A stretch of 64,000 bases of DNA from Candidatus Eiseniibacteriota bacterium (GTDB taxonomy: Bacteria; Joyebacterota; Joyebacteria; Joyebacterales; Joyebacteraceae). The notes beneath the pieces were generated by a model. It saw only the letters and a list, made by a program, of their open reading frames with translations. It was not told the origin of the DNA and did not search any database. Made by a program: the position numbers and the translations under genes. The DNA is taken from the NCBI GenBank assembly GCA_030622115.1, contig JAUXGN010000008.1, positions 8,185-72,184 on the forward strand. The letters run 5' to 3'. This document shows positions 1-10,400 of this stretch, one piece after another; position 1 is the stretch's first letter; each line of letters starts with the position of its first letter.

Positions 1-2
1 GA

Positions 3-437
3 TGTCTCGTGATGGACGAATTCGACATGCTTGGCGACGTCGCCGGCTGTCGGCTGATCCACAACACATTCCTCGGCTGGTTCTACTACGAGGCAGAGGA
101 CGCCTCACCCTACAGCGCGATTCGGAGCAACATCTTCGACTGGTATACGACCATCATCGGGCCGATGGACAACAGCAATCTGGCGCTGACCCACAATGAC
201 TTCGCGTTCGAGCCGTGGACGCACGTCTCGGCGGGGGCGGATTCGTTCTTCGCCAACCTCTGGTACGAGGATCCACGATTCTGTGGATCCGACCACACGA
301 TAGAGGATTGCTCGCCGTGTGTGCTGGCGGCCCACGACGGCGACGACATCGGAGCCTTCGGTGTCGGTTGTGAGTGCACGCTACCGAACACGGTCGAGAC
401 GATGTCGTGGGGGAGGATCAAAGGATTGTACAGGTAG
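3..437 (+). CDS. hypothetical protein, C-terminal fragment (gene runs off 5' window edge)
   Basis: Open frame continuous from window start to stop at 437; Cys-containing C-terminal domain, no recognisable catalytic motif. Confidence 0.3.
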   Translation, partial: CLVMDEFDMLGDVAGCRLIHNTFLGWFYYEAEDASPYSAIRSNIFDWYTTIIGPMDNSNLALTHNDFAFEPWTHVSAGADSFFANLWYEDPRFCGSDHTIEDCSPCVLAAHDGDDIGAFGVGCECTLPNTVETMSWGRIKGLYR

Positions 438-455
438 ACTTGTGCTGTATGAGAT

Positions 456-492
456 GGCAACAGCTCCTCCCAAGTCGGGAGGAGCTGTTGCC
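456..492. terminator. 16-bp perfect inverted repeat hairpin between convergent genes (bidirectional terminator candidate)
   Basis: GGCAACAGCTCCTCCC-aagtc-GGGAGGAGCTGTTGCC read directly; lies between + ORF ending 437 and - ORF ending 615. Confidence 0.5.
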
Positions 493-614
493 GTCTTCAT
501 GCTGATCTGCCGAGCCATATCTCCGGCCGGCAGAGCCGGCGAGCCCGGGGTCCACCGGTGATCGGGAGCCGGCGAGTTTCACAGCCGCTGCCGATCGGGA
601 GTTGGTCCCCGCAG

Positions 615-3098
615 CTACTCCACGAACTCCAAGGTAGCCATCCTGAACTGCACCATGTCGGTCAGGCTGCCTCCACCAATGTCAAGCAGTCGCCAGAGTC
701 CGAGCTTGACTGAGACTTCTTCCATGATGATGTCCATGAAATCCTTAGGAGTCTTGTAGAGGATGAGCGCCGCATCCGCTGGTGTCGTCCCGATTGACTC
801 GCACGCGTAGGCGACGGCATCGCTGAGCCCGCCAAGTTCGTCGATGAGCTTGAGTTCGAGCGCCTGGTTGCCGGTGTAGACGCGTCCCTCCGCGATCTTG
901 CGGAGTTCCTCCTTGTCTATTCCGCGTCCCTCGACGATCCTGTCGAGAAACTCCTCGTACATCCACTGGATGTACTCGTTGGCGACCTCGCTCTCCTCAT
1001 CTGTGAACGTGCGCGTCGTAGATAGGACGTCGGCGAACTCGCTGCTCTTGAAAGTCTCGTGTGTCGCGTCGATCTTGCCGTAGAGTCCGGCGAGCGACGG
1101 CTTCATCATCACGACACCTATGCTGCCCGTGATCGTGAGGGGGTCGGCGAAGATTCTCTCTGCCGCACAGGCGATGTAGTAGCCGCCGGAGCCCGCGACA
1201 TCGCCCATCGAGACGATGAACGGCTTCTTCTCGGCGAGTTTCCTTGTCTCGGCCCAGATGATGTCTGATGCGAGCGCGCTTCCGCCACCGCTATCGACGC
1301 GGAGGACGACGGCTTTGATCGAGTCGTCCTTGCGAGCCCGACGGAGCTGTTTCACCAGCGTCTCTGAGCCTATTGATTCGCCGCCCCAGATCGGATCATT
1401 GCCGCTGTCACCGACGCTGATCCCGCCGTACGCTCCTATGATCGCGACCTTCGGTCCGTGGTTCCAGTCGTAGACTTTCTTCGTCCAACCTGAGACATCG
1501 ACGGTCGATATGCCTTCCGGCTCGTCCGGCACGTCGCCACCAGCAAGTTCCAGCGCGGCCGCCTTTGCATCGGCGTAGAAACCGAGGACGTCGACAAGGC
1601 CCACGTCGAGTGCGTCCGGCGAATTGTAGGGGCGCCCGTCGGCGAGCGTCTCCATCTCGCCATAGGTCATGTCGCGTCCGTCGGCCATGGCGCTCACCGT
1701 CTCGCGGAAGTTGTCGTCGATCATCGACTGGACTTCCTCGCGCTGCACATCCGTCAGAGGACCTGCGCCTATCGAGTGAAACGTGCTCTTGTACTTCCCG
1801 GCCGAGATGTAATCCCATTCGATGCCGAGCTTCTCTGTGGTGCCCGTGTAGCGCATGATGTTGACGTACTGCCCGAGCCCGTCGATGCCCGCGATCCTCG
1901 GCATGACTATCACGTCGGCCGCCGAGGCAAGGTAATACTCCGGCGTCCCGGCGCCGTACTCGAGGAATGCTACGAAGCGCGTACCGTGCTCCTTGCCGGC
2001 CGAGATAATTGCATCACGGAGTTCCTGTACGAGCGCGCTCGGTCCGCCCATGAATCCCGAGCTGAGTGGTTTGATGTTGAGAAGAATACACTCTACCGAT
2101 GAGTCTTCCGCGGCCTTCCGTATGTTGCGTATCAGCCGCTGGACCCCGCCGCGCGGTTTGCCCAAGAGGCTCCAGCGCGACCCGTAGTCGTTCAAGGTCC
2201 CGGAGATCTCAATCTCGGCCACCTGTTCTCCCGGTTTCAGGATGGTGCGAAGCCGCTCATCGGAGCTTCCCACTTCGACCGTGTAGATGGTCTCGGATGC
2301 TCCCTCCCGGCTTCTCGTTGAGGCGCCGCCGCCGCCGTGAGTCGTATTGAGCCAGAGACCGAAGCTGGTCTCCTGTTCCCGGTCGCCGCCGGACATGAAC
2401 GACTGGATGGACCCTCTGAGTATGACGCCGTCTACAATCTCAGCCTCGAGCCCTCCGGTGTACACGGCGTCCTCCAGGTCTTGCTCGTCAACAACGCTTG
2501 CGTCGGCCATGAGAGTGAGACGATTGCCCATCGGGCGGACGGCCAGTCCCGCCGTGTACGTGATCGGAGCTGCGATCTCACCGAAAATCTCAGGTTCGGA
2601 GAGGTTGGTGATCGTGCCTCCCAGGGAAAGAAAATCGGCGGGGCGATACATGATGCCGACATCCCACGTACCCGTCTTGGGTGCGTCTCCGAAGCTGGGG
2701 CGAAACCAGCGGTAGTCGAATCCGAGCGTGAGTTTCCGAAACTCGCCGAGCGCCATCCCGACGACGAACGTGTCGAGGGCATCGTCACCGGGGAGGAAGC
2801 CGGAATCGTCTCCTCCGTCGGACACCTCCCACAGCTGACTGCGCGAGTATCCGAAGCCGATGCCCGGCCCCTTCATGGCGAGCCTGTAGTCGGAGAATTG
2901 CTCACCTGCCATCGTGCACGAGGAGTAGTATCCGGACTCATTGTACATGCCAAGCCCCGCCGGATTCACGAAGATGGCGGTGGCATCATCGTTCAAGGCT
3001 ACCGAGCTTGCTCCCCTCAACCAGCTGTTGGAGAGAGGTGTCGCACACGCCACGACAGAGAACAGAACAACAATCAACACAACCAGCAGAGAACGCAT
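615..3098 (-). CDS. sppA: signal peptide peptidase SppA (protease IV, two tandem S49 domains) with ~300-aa N-terminal signal peptide + FadL/PorV-like beta-barrel-like extension
   Basis: C-terminal ~525 aa show two S49/ClpP-fold repeats (VAFLEYGAGTPEYYLASAAD...; KAVVLRVDSGGGSALASD...MGDVAGSGGYYIACAAERIFA); N-terminus MRSLLVVLIVVLFSVVACA signal peptide then DDATAIFVNPAGLG motif shared with FadL/TodX/PorV-type OM proteins; start chosen at signal-peptide Met. Confidence 0.8.
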   Translation of the reverse strand: MRSLLVVLIVVLFSVVACATPLSNSWLRGASSVALNDDATAIFVNPAGLGMYNESGYYSSCTMAGEQFSDYRLAMKGPGIGFGYSRSQLWEVSDGGDDSGFLPGDDALDTFVVGMALGEFRKLTLGFDYRWFRPSFGDAPKTGTWDVGIMYRPADFLSLGGTITNLSEPEIFGEIAAPITYTAGLAVRPMGNRLTLMADASVVDEQDLEDAVYTGGLEAEIVDGVILRGSIQSFMSGGDREQETSFGLWLNTTHGGGGASTRSREGASETIYTVEVGSSDERLRTILKPGEQVAEIEISGTLNDYGSRWSLLGKPRGGVQRLIRNIRKAAEDSSVECILLNIKPLSSGFMGGPSALVQELRDAIISAGKEHGTRFVAFLEYGAGTPEYYLASAADVIVMPRIAGIDGLGQYVNIMRYTGTTEKLGIEWDYISAGKYKSTFHSIGAGPLTDVQREEVQSMIDDNFRETVSAMADGRDMTYGEMETLADGRPYNSPDALDVGLVDVLGFYADAKAAALELAGGDVPDEPEGISTVDVSGWTKKVYDWNHGPKVAIIGAYGGISVGDSGNDPIWGGESIGSETLVKQLRRARKDDSIKAVVLRVDSGGGSALASDIIWAETRKLAEKKPFIVSMGDVAGSGGYYIACAAERIFADPLTITGSIGVVMMKPSLAGLYGKIDATHETFKSSEFADVLSTTRTFTDEESEVANEYIQWMYEEFLDRIVEGRGIDKEELRKIAEGRVYTGNQALELKLIDELGGLSDAVAYACESIGTTPADAALILYKTPKDFMDIIMEEVSVKLGLWRLLDIGGGSLTDMVQFRMATLEFVE

Positions 3099-3193
3099 CG
3101 CTGCCTCCATGAGTAGTCGCCGCGCATGGCCTTGAGTCAAATGCGGGTTGCCGCGTGCGCTACATCCTTCCCCCAGCTGCACGCGCTTCCGCT

Positions 3194-4399
3194 CTAGAAG
3201 GTCGCCGCCAAACGGAGGATGACCCTGATATCGGCATCCTCAGTGGTGGCAGGCCTTGCCACATCTATTCTTACATCACCAGCTCCCGGCGCGTCCAGCC
3301 TGAGTCCGATGCCGATGTCGTAATTCATCTCATCGGAAGCGTACTCGGTAGGCGCAGTGCCGAACCACGCGCGTCCGGCGTCGGCGAAGTAGATGAGTTC
3401 GAGTTCTTCGATCACGTGAACGCCGTACTCCACGGACGCGAAGAACATGTGCTTCCCCTCGAACTCGTTGTAGTCGTATCCCCTGAGATTCCCCATGCCG
3501 CCAAGGTGAAAGAGCTTGTGCGACGGGAAGTCGGTTCCGTTGGCAATGCCCCATGAGACTCTCATGTTCAGGGTCTGGGTGGGGGAGAGGCGGAAGTAGC
3601 GGCGGGTTCTGAGGAGGGTCTTGCGGTAGTCGTAGTCCCCCCCTGTCGCGCTGCCTGCGTACTCGGTACGCAGCACTACCTTCCATCCGGTACTCTCGAC
3701 CGGGTCGTGGTTATCGTACGTGATCGTGCCGGTCAGGTTCTTGAGAGTTCCCTCATACTCCTCCCGGTCGTCCAGGATGCCGCGCTCGAGACGCGGGTTC
3801 TCTTCCCAGTCAACCTTCGTGCGGAAGGAGCTCCAGATATGCTGCTGAGTGTCGAGCGAGGATAGCTCATCGTTCGCATACTCTATGCGGACCGATGTCC
3901 CGGCAGCGAACTCCTGTTCGGCGAAGATTGTGAAGCCTTCGCTGCGGAAGTAGTTGCGGAACTCCTGGCGGAAAGAGAAGGCGAGGAGATTGTTCTCGAC
4001 GTCGGTGATCATTTCCGCGTCTTCGCGGTTCCAGATCGACCGATTGTAGAGCGACACACCCAGTGAGAACGAGTCCGGAGAGAAGAACGGCTGTTCGACC
4101 GAGATGAAGTAGTAGTTGTCTGCTCTTGCCGACACCCAGCCTCGTTGCGCCACCAGCCGCGGGTGCATGCTTATGTAGCGTTCGTATTCCACCCCGGCGT
4201 AGACGAGCAGGCCATCCACGCGGTTGTAGTAGATGTCGACCGCAGGCATGAAGCCGTTGCCCTCTTCCCATCCGGCGAGTTCCGCCGCATTCAGCGAAAT
4301 GAAGGCATCTCCGTCGTCGGTCGCTGCTCCCACTCTGTTCGGAAGGCCGGTGAGGGTAAGCAGAACCACTGCCAGTGTGATCAGTGTTGTGCGTAGCAT
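3194..4399 (-). CDS. outer-membrane beta-barrel protein, Omp85/surface-antigen(D15)-like
   Basis: N-terminal signal peptide (LAVVLLTLTGLPNRVGAA), LGGMGNLRGYDY motif resembling Omp85 barrel motif, C-terminal ...ILRLAATF ending in aromatic residue. Confidence 0.5.
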   Translation of the reverse strand: MLRTTLITLAVVLLTLTGLPNRVGAATDDGDAFISLNAAELAGWEEGNGFMPAVDIYYNRVDGLLVYAGVEYERYISMHPRLVAQRGWVSARADNYYFISVEQPFFSPDSFSLGVSLYNRSIWNREDAEMITDVENNLLAFSFRQEFRNYFRSEGFTIFAEQEFAAGTSVRIEYANDELSSLDTQQHIWSSFRTKVDWEENPRLERGILDDREEYEGTLKNLTGTITYDNHDPVESTGWKVVLRTEYAGSATGGDYDYRKTLLRTRRYFRLSPTQTLNMRVSWGIANGTDFPSHKLFHLGGMGNLRGYDYNEFEGKHMFFASVEYGVHVIEELELIYFADAGRAWFGTAPTEYASDEMNYDIGIGLRLDAPGAGDVRIDVARPATTEDADIRVILRLAATF

Positions 4400-4408
4400 G
4401 GCGCATCC

Positions 4409-5206
4409 TTAGTCGCGAGTGACGATGGTGTCGGTGAAGGCATCGCTGCTGCAGCGACGAACGTAGAGAGACTCGATCTCCGGGAATGTGGAGAACACAT
4501 CGCCCGCGAGGCTCCGAGTCAGCGCCGCCAGCCGGTTCTTCTCCTCCATGTCCACCTCTTCCGTGAAGAGGTACTCCATATACAGATTCGGTCCGTCCCC
4601 GGCGAGGCCGATGATGCACTGTGGGCGCAGTGAGAATCCTGCGTCGGTCTCATCCGCCTGGTCGTCGAGGTGTATCCGCAATCGCTGATCGAACTCAAGA
4701 TCGACGACGCGACGAGAGAGACTCGTGAGGCATATTCTGTCGAGACCAAGCGCGCCGCAGAGTTCGCGCGGTCCCTGCTCCCAAACGTTTCCGCCGGCTG
4801 AGTGGTAGAAGGCTGCATAGGCGTCGTTCATTCCCAGCAGATAGGCCGGGGCGCTGTCTGAGATGTATGGAGTAAGTCTCATCTCACCCTCCCACTCGGG
4901 AGGCATCAGCCAGATTCGGTAGAAAGAGTAGTAGTGGAATCCATCGGGATGGTAGAAGCGAGTTGAGGTGTCCTCGGCCATCACGTAGATGCCGCCGCTC
5001 TTCCCTGACCAGCCGATCGGAACCGCGGCCGAGTCGGCCTCGATCACGCGCCAGGTTGCTGGGATGATATTCTCAATCTGCGCAACGAGGTTCCGCAGAT
5101 TGAGGGTGGCTCCGTCGCCGCCATCGCCGCCGGGCGAGACCGTCGCCCCCGCCACGGCAGCAGCGAGCAGAACAACCGCGAGTATCGTCGCTTCGAATCT
5201 TCTCAT
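4409..5206 (-). CDS. hypothetical secreted protein
   Basis: Signal peptide MRRFEATILAVVLLAAAVAGA; no recognisable family; overlaps the rlmN stop by 4 nt (operon-like). Confidence 0.45.
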   Translation of the reverse strand: MRRFEATILAVVLLAAAVAGATVSPGGDGGDGATLNLRNLVAQIENIIPATWRVIEADSAAVPIGWSGKSGGIYVMAEDTSTRFYHPDGFHYYSFYRIWLMPPEWEGEMRLTPYISDSAPAYLLGMNDAYAAFYHSAGGNVWEQGPRELCGALGLDRICLTSLSRRVVDLEFDQRLRIHLDDQADETDAGFSLRPQCIIGLAGDGPNLYMEYLFTEEVDMEEKNRLAALTRSLAGDVFSTFPEIESLYVRRCSSDAFTDTIVTRD

Positions 5207-6312
5207 TCAGCGTCCGGAAGTACACACAACTGCCCGCAGCCTGCCGCGATGTCGCTTCCGCGGCTTATCCTCCGGACAACCGTGGGGCACTGTCGCCTCA
5301 GATTTGTGATGAAACTCGTGAATGTCTCGTTGTCCGGAGACTTGTACCGTACACCCTTCACCTCATTGTAGCAAATGACATTGATCTTCGCCAGCATGCC
5401 GCTGGCGAGCCTGCCCAACATAATGGCCATCTCCGGCGAATCATTGACGCCCTTCATAAGTACGTACTCGATCGTAACCAGTCTCCCGACGGTCTCAGCG
5501 TAGTACTTGAGAGCATCCATTAGCTCGTTCAATGGATACTTCCTGGCGATCGGCATGAGATGCGCGCGGAGTTCCTGAGTCGGCGCATTGAGCGAAACCG
5601 CAAGGTTGATCTGGAGGCCCTCATCGGCAAGCCGTCTGATACCCGGCACTACCCCGGCTGTCGAGACCGTCATTCGGCGCGCTCCGATCGCGAGTCCCCA
5701 TGGCGCGTTGGCAATCCTGATTGTCTTGAGAAGCGCATCGTAGTTGTCGAGTGGCTCACCCATTCCCATGAAGACAAGATTGTTGAGTCTCACGGGAGCC
5801 AGGCGCTGCTGCATCCGGAGGATCTGCTCGACTATTTCACCGGCGGAGAGGTTGCGCTTGAATCCCATCATGCCTGTTGCACAGAACCGGCACTGGAAGC
5901 GACAGCCGACCTGGGTCGAGACACAACCCGTGTGTCGCTCGTCATCCGTCAGAATGACCGCCTCGATCCGTGCACCGTCAGGGTACTCGATCAGAAGCTT
6001 CTCGGTGTCGTCTATGCGAGACCGCTTCGTGCGTGCGATCCTGGAGTGCGCCACGGATGCCTTCGAGGCGAGAGACTGCTTCAGCGCCTTCGAAAGGTTC
6101 TTCATTTCGGAGATGTCCTGAATACCCCTCGTGAAGAGCCAGCCTGCTATCTGATCGGCGCGGTAGCGTGGCTGGCCCAGTTCGGAAACCAGCTCCTCGA
6201 GTTCTGATAGAAGCATGCCTTTGAGATCGGGAATTTGATTCTTCACTGCCGGATCCTTGTCGTGTGTGTTACCTGAGTTTTCGATCATCAGCGTCAGACT
6301 CATCCCTATCAT
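5203..6312 (-). CDS. rlmN: 23S rRNA (adenine2503-C2)/tRNA methyltransferase RlmN (radical SAM)
   Basis: CRFQCRFCATG radical-SAM Cys cluster, RYRADQIAGWLF N-terminal motif, GMGEPLDNY, typical RlmN length; true start may be an internal Met (~6285). Confidence 0.85.
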   Translation of the reverse strand: MIGMSLTLMIENSGNTHDKDPAVKNQIPDLKGMLLSELEELVSELGQPRYRADQIAGWLFTRGIQDISEMKNLSKALKQSLASKASVAHSRIARTKRSRIDDTEKLLIEYPDGARIEAVILTDDERHTGCVSTQVGCRFQCRFCATGMMGFKRNLSAGEIVEQILRMQQRLAPVRLNNLVFMGMGEPLDNYDALLKTIRIANAPWGLAIGARRMTVSTAGVVPGIRRLADEGLQINLAVSLNAPTQELRAHLMPIARKYPLNELMDALKYYAETVGRLVTIEYVLMKGVNDSPEMAIMLGRLASGMLAKINVICYNEVKGVRYKSPDNETFTSFITNLRRQCPTVVRRISRGSDIAAGCGQLCVLPDAE

Positions 6313-6426
6313 ACACTTCCACGAGCGTTTGTGGAAGCCGTCACGGGCCTTGACTGCCGGGGCGCTCTGGTGTTAGCTCTTGTCACGGCGGGGCGAGGGG
6401 TCCCACCTGTCTGCGCGGGGGAGAGC

Positions 6427-6837
6427 ATGAGAGGACTTGCCGACATGATATGCGAGCTGGGAGACGCCACACGGTTGCGTGTCCTCTTCGCGATTCTGGA
6501 TGCGCGGAGGAACGTCTCGCAGATCGTCGCAGAACTTGGCCTCGCGCAGCCGCAGGTCTCCTACCATCTCAGGAAACTCAAGGATGCAGGCCTTGCCGTC
6601 GAGGAGAAGGATGGACGCTGGGTCTGGTACCAGGTTGACTGGGAATCACCGGATGCCCGTGTGAGGGAACTCCTGGAACTCCTTGCGAGATGGTCGGGCG
6701 ATACGCAGACAATGGAGCCCGTCACCGTGCGCGTGCCCTCTCGCGCCTCGAGCGACAGTCCCCGCGCTTCGCGCGAGAGAGTTCAGAGGACTCCGCTCAG
6801 GCAGGAGCGAGACGAGTTGGAGGATTTCCTGCTATAG
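6427..6837 (+). CDS. ArsR/SmtB-family HTH transcriptional regulator
   Basis: LGDATRLRVLFAIL...RNVSQIVAELGLAQPQVSYHLRKLKDAGL winged-helix signature; start placed at internal Met, the longer ORF begins at 6331. Confidence 0.7.
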   Translation: MRGLADMICELGDATRLRVLFAILDARRNVSQIVAELGLAQPQVSYHLRKLKDAGLAVEEKDGRWVWYQVDWESPDARVRELLELLARWSGDTQTMEPVTVRVPSRASSDSPRASRERVQRTPLRQERDELEDFLL

Positions 6838-6905
6838 CGGGCGCACGAAGGTCACTCTCGCGACCTCCTATTCCTGAATTTGGTTCTCCGGATACGGGAT
6901 TTCCG

Positions 6906-6935
6906 TTGACAGCATGGCTCCTCAAGCGCTAACAT
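6906..6935 (+). promoter_or_regulatory. candidate sigma70 promoter (TTGACA-18-TAACAT) upstream of small secreted ORF/EBP gene
   Basis: -35 TTGACA at 6906-6911, 18-nt spacer, -10 TAACAT at 6930-6935. Confidence 0.3.
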
Positions 6936-7079
6936 TGAATTGGACTCGTGAAATCTGTAGTGGATCCCCCCATGTAGCGTCAACCCGCCGCCGGCGGGAC
7001 ATATCGACGCATACCCCTCGGCGACGAACGACGCTGTAGCGGGACAAAGCTACTCCTCAGAAACCACAGGGAGGTACCT

Positions 7080-7430
7080 ATGCGAATGAAGCGGGTGCTC
7101 ATCCTGCTCGTGGTCCTCGCGCTGGGCTCGTTGCTCATTGCGGGCGCGGCGGATTCAGCAATTCGGACGGAAGGCCCGTCCGGCAGCTCTCAAGTGACCT
7201 CTTCGATCACGTTCATGGACGGTGGCGGTGAACTGGGTGGTGACGATGATCGCTGGGGCAACGCGACGCCAGATGAACCGGAGGATGTTCCTGATCCGGA
7301 GGTTCCGGGTGCGGTCGGCGACGCGGGAGAGGATGCCAACGGACAGACTGCAAAGCAGTTCGTCGCTCAAGGCGGATTGTGGAGCATTCAGATGCGGATG
7401 ATGCTGAGCTGGATGTTCAGGATCATCTGA
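7080..7430 (+). CDS. small secreted acidic hypothetical protein
   Basis: AGGTACC-like RBS, signal peptide MRMKRVLILLVVLALGSLLIAGAA, Asp/Glu/Pro-rich body; 50 nt upstream of the sigma54 activator gene. Confidence 0.45.
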   Translation: MRMKRVLILLVVLALGSLLIAGAADSAIRTEGPSGSSQVTSSITFMDGGGELGGDDDRWGNATPDEPEDVPDPEVPGAVGDAGEDANGQTAKQFVAQGGLWSIQMRMMLSWMFRII

Positions 7431-7480
7431 GTGTTCTGGTGTTCATCCGAGTTCCCTGATCTCAGCGCTGGGACTGGATC

Positions 7481-10400
7481 ATGAACAACGAGAGACATGA
7501 TAACGCGCCGGGACGCGAGATGTTGAAAGCGTTCGAGAAGGTGCTTGAGTCGCGAAGCGGCAGAGATGCGGCAGTCGCGGCGATTCGCCTGGGCGATGTC
7601 TATCTCGAATCCGACAGCTACACTGATGCGCTGAGCTATTTCGAACGGGCCGAGGCCGGTGAGCTTCGCGAGAAGCTCACCGACCCTGAGGCCGCCTGCC
7701 TTCTGGTCGGCATTGCGAAGTGTCACCTCGGTCTTGGTAGCTACGACGACGCCAGACGCACCTGCGCGAAACTTGACGATCTCGATCTCAGTGAAGATGA
7801 TGGGTCAGCGTGGGCCGAAGCGAACATCGTGGTCGCCCGCGTGGAGATCGAGAGCGGTCGCTACGATGAGGCGTTGCGGGCAGCCCGGAAGGCCTACGAG
7901 ATCCTGAGGACAAGGCCCGACAGCCCGCTTCTGGCTGAGGCAGGCAAGAACCTTGGTGTCGCGAATGCCGAACTGGGCAACATCAAGGCGGCCCGCGACT
8001 ACTTCACCGACTACCTCGTAACACAGAAACGCCTCGGTGATGAGGCCGGACTCGCTTCCGCCTACAACAACCTCGGCGTGCTGGCCAAGCGATCGGGCGA
8101 CTTCCACGGGGCACTTGAGTACATCGAAGACGCTCTCACCATCGACCGCAAGCTTGGTCGCTCGATGGCGATCGCCGATCGTCTGACGAACCTCGGTATC
8201 ATCCTCTACAAGCTCTCTCGCTGGGGCGAAGCGGAAGAGAAGCTCAACGAAGCTCGCTCGCTCTACGGACAGATCGGAGCGACTCGCGGTCTCGTGGCCG
8301 CGGAGTCCGCGCTCGGCAACATCTTCCGCGTGCGGCGCGAGTGGGGTGAAGCGCAGAGACTCTTCCAGAACGCTCTCTCGGCGAGTCAGGAGAAGGGGTA
8401 CTTGAGGGCCGAAGCTCTGGCTCTCGAATTCATGGGTCATCTGGAGATGGACCGTGGAGAGCACGAGGAAGCGTTGAGGAAGTTCAACCGAGCGCTTGGG
8501 TGCGCGTACAGGCTATCGTCGAACAGCGATGTTGTAGGTGAAGTACTGAGAAGGCGCGCCCAGGTCTATTTGGAACTCGGTCGGCTCGATGAGGCGGAGC
8601 GAGATTGCTCCGACGGCATCAAGCTCACCCGTGAGATCGGTGATAGCCTTGAAGAGGGTGCGACCCTCCGTGTTCTCGCAAGCGTCTGCTATGCCAAGGG
8701 CGAACGGACGGCCGCTGAGGTCCTCATCCACAGGGCCGAAGAGATACTGCGTCGCATCGGAGAATCGTTCGAGCTGGCAAGGGCCGCGCTCGCGGATGGT
8801 ATAGGCCTCAGAGAATCGTCGATCGGGGATGAACCACCAATCGATCTGATCGAGGCCAGGCTCTCGTCCGCTGCCGCGATCTTTGCCCGGATAGCCCTAC
8901 CGAACTGGGTGGCGCGGTGTGAACTCGAACGCGGCAAGGCGCTCAAGGCGAGCGGACTGCCCGATCGCGCACGCAGGTGGTTTGAGGGTGCAAGACTCAG
9001 GTTTGAGGCGGCGCACGACAGCCACGGTCTTGCGGAGATCGACGCCGCGCTTATGGAGTTGGACACGATTCTGGCAGACGCGGGGATCGCGCGCCAGGGT
9101 CGGTACGCGTTGATCGTTGGAGGCTACAGGTTTCTTGAGACGACGCAGCCGAGTCCCGATGATCTTCATCGTTTTGCCGGAGAGCTGGCAAACGCTCTGT
9201 CCGCAGATCGGCTGGTTCTTCTTCAGGTTGCCGATGGAAGAGCGACGTCAGTGACGACTTCGGTCGACAGGACGGGAAGAGGTGTATCGGACGTGAGCCG
9301 TTTCGTGCGCACGACCGTTTCGAGGCGGGGTCATTCTCGACCTCTCGTTGTCAGCAACGGACACTCCGACGGCGCCTTCACCCAACCCGAAGTGGGCGCG
9401 CTGGCGCTCCTGCCGGTGGAAGTCGGCCTCGACCGCGAGCAAGTCTACCTTGTGTACGCGGATCGCTCTCGAGGGGACAGGTCGGTAGCGTTTGCGCAGA
9501 GCGACGTGGAATTCCTGAGTGCGTCAGGCCGCGTGCTTGGGCTTACCCACTCGCGGGTCGGTGGGACCATGGTCACACGTTCGACCGGGCAGGAGGCCGA
9601 CAAGCTGCTTGGCTCCGCTGAGACGATCGGACTCATCACCCGAAGTCCAGAGATGATTCAGATACTCGCGACGATCGAACAACTGGAGGGCAGTCGCGTG
9701 CCGGTTCTCATTAGAGGAGAATCCGGCGTAGGCAAGGAGCTGGTCGCGAAGGCTATCCACTTCGGTAGCAGGACGGCGACCGGGAGGTTCGTGGCCCTGA
9801 ACTCCGGCGCCATCGCTCCAAACCTCCAGGAGAGCGAACTCTTCGGCCATGTCCGGGGCGCCTTCACGGATGCCGATCGCGACCGACAGGGTCTGGTCGA
9901 GGCTGCGGCGGATGGGACGCTCTTCCTTGACGAGATAGGTGAGATGAGCCCCGGGCTTCAGGTGAAGCTTCTGAGATTCCTGCAGAACGGTGAATTCCGG
10001 CGGGTGGGAGAGAGCGTCACGAGGACGAGCAATGCCCGCGTCGTCTCGGCTACAAACAAGGACCTCCGGGACGAGGTCGAGAGCGGTGCGTTCAGACGGG
10101 ATCTCTTTTACAGACTCTGTGCCATTACGATAGAAGTACCTCCGCTCAGGGAGCGTCGGGAAGACATCCCGGCGCTGATGGACCATTTCCTTGAGCACTA
10201 CGCGAAGCGGGAGGGGAAGACGATCCCCGGGTTCACGCGGGAAGTCAGAGAGCTTTTCCTGAGGCATGGATGGATGGGGAACAACGTGCGGGAGTTGGAA
10301 AACGAGGTCCGCCGCGGCGTTGCCCTGACCAAGAGCGGCGAGGCCATCGGTATAGACAAGATGAGTCCAGAGATCAGAATTCGTGTTGATGTGGGTACGG

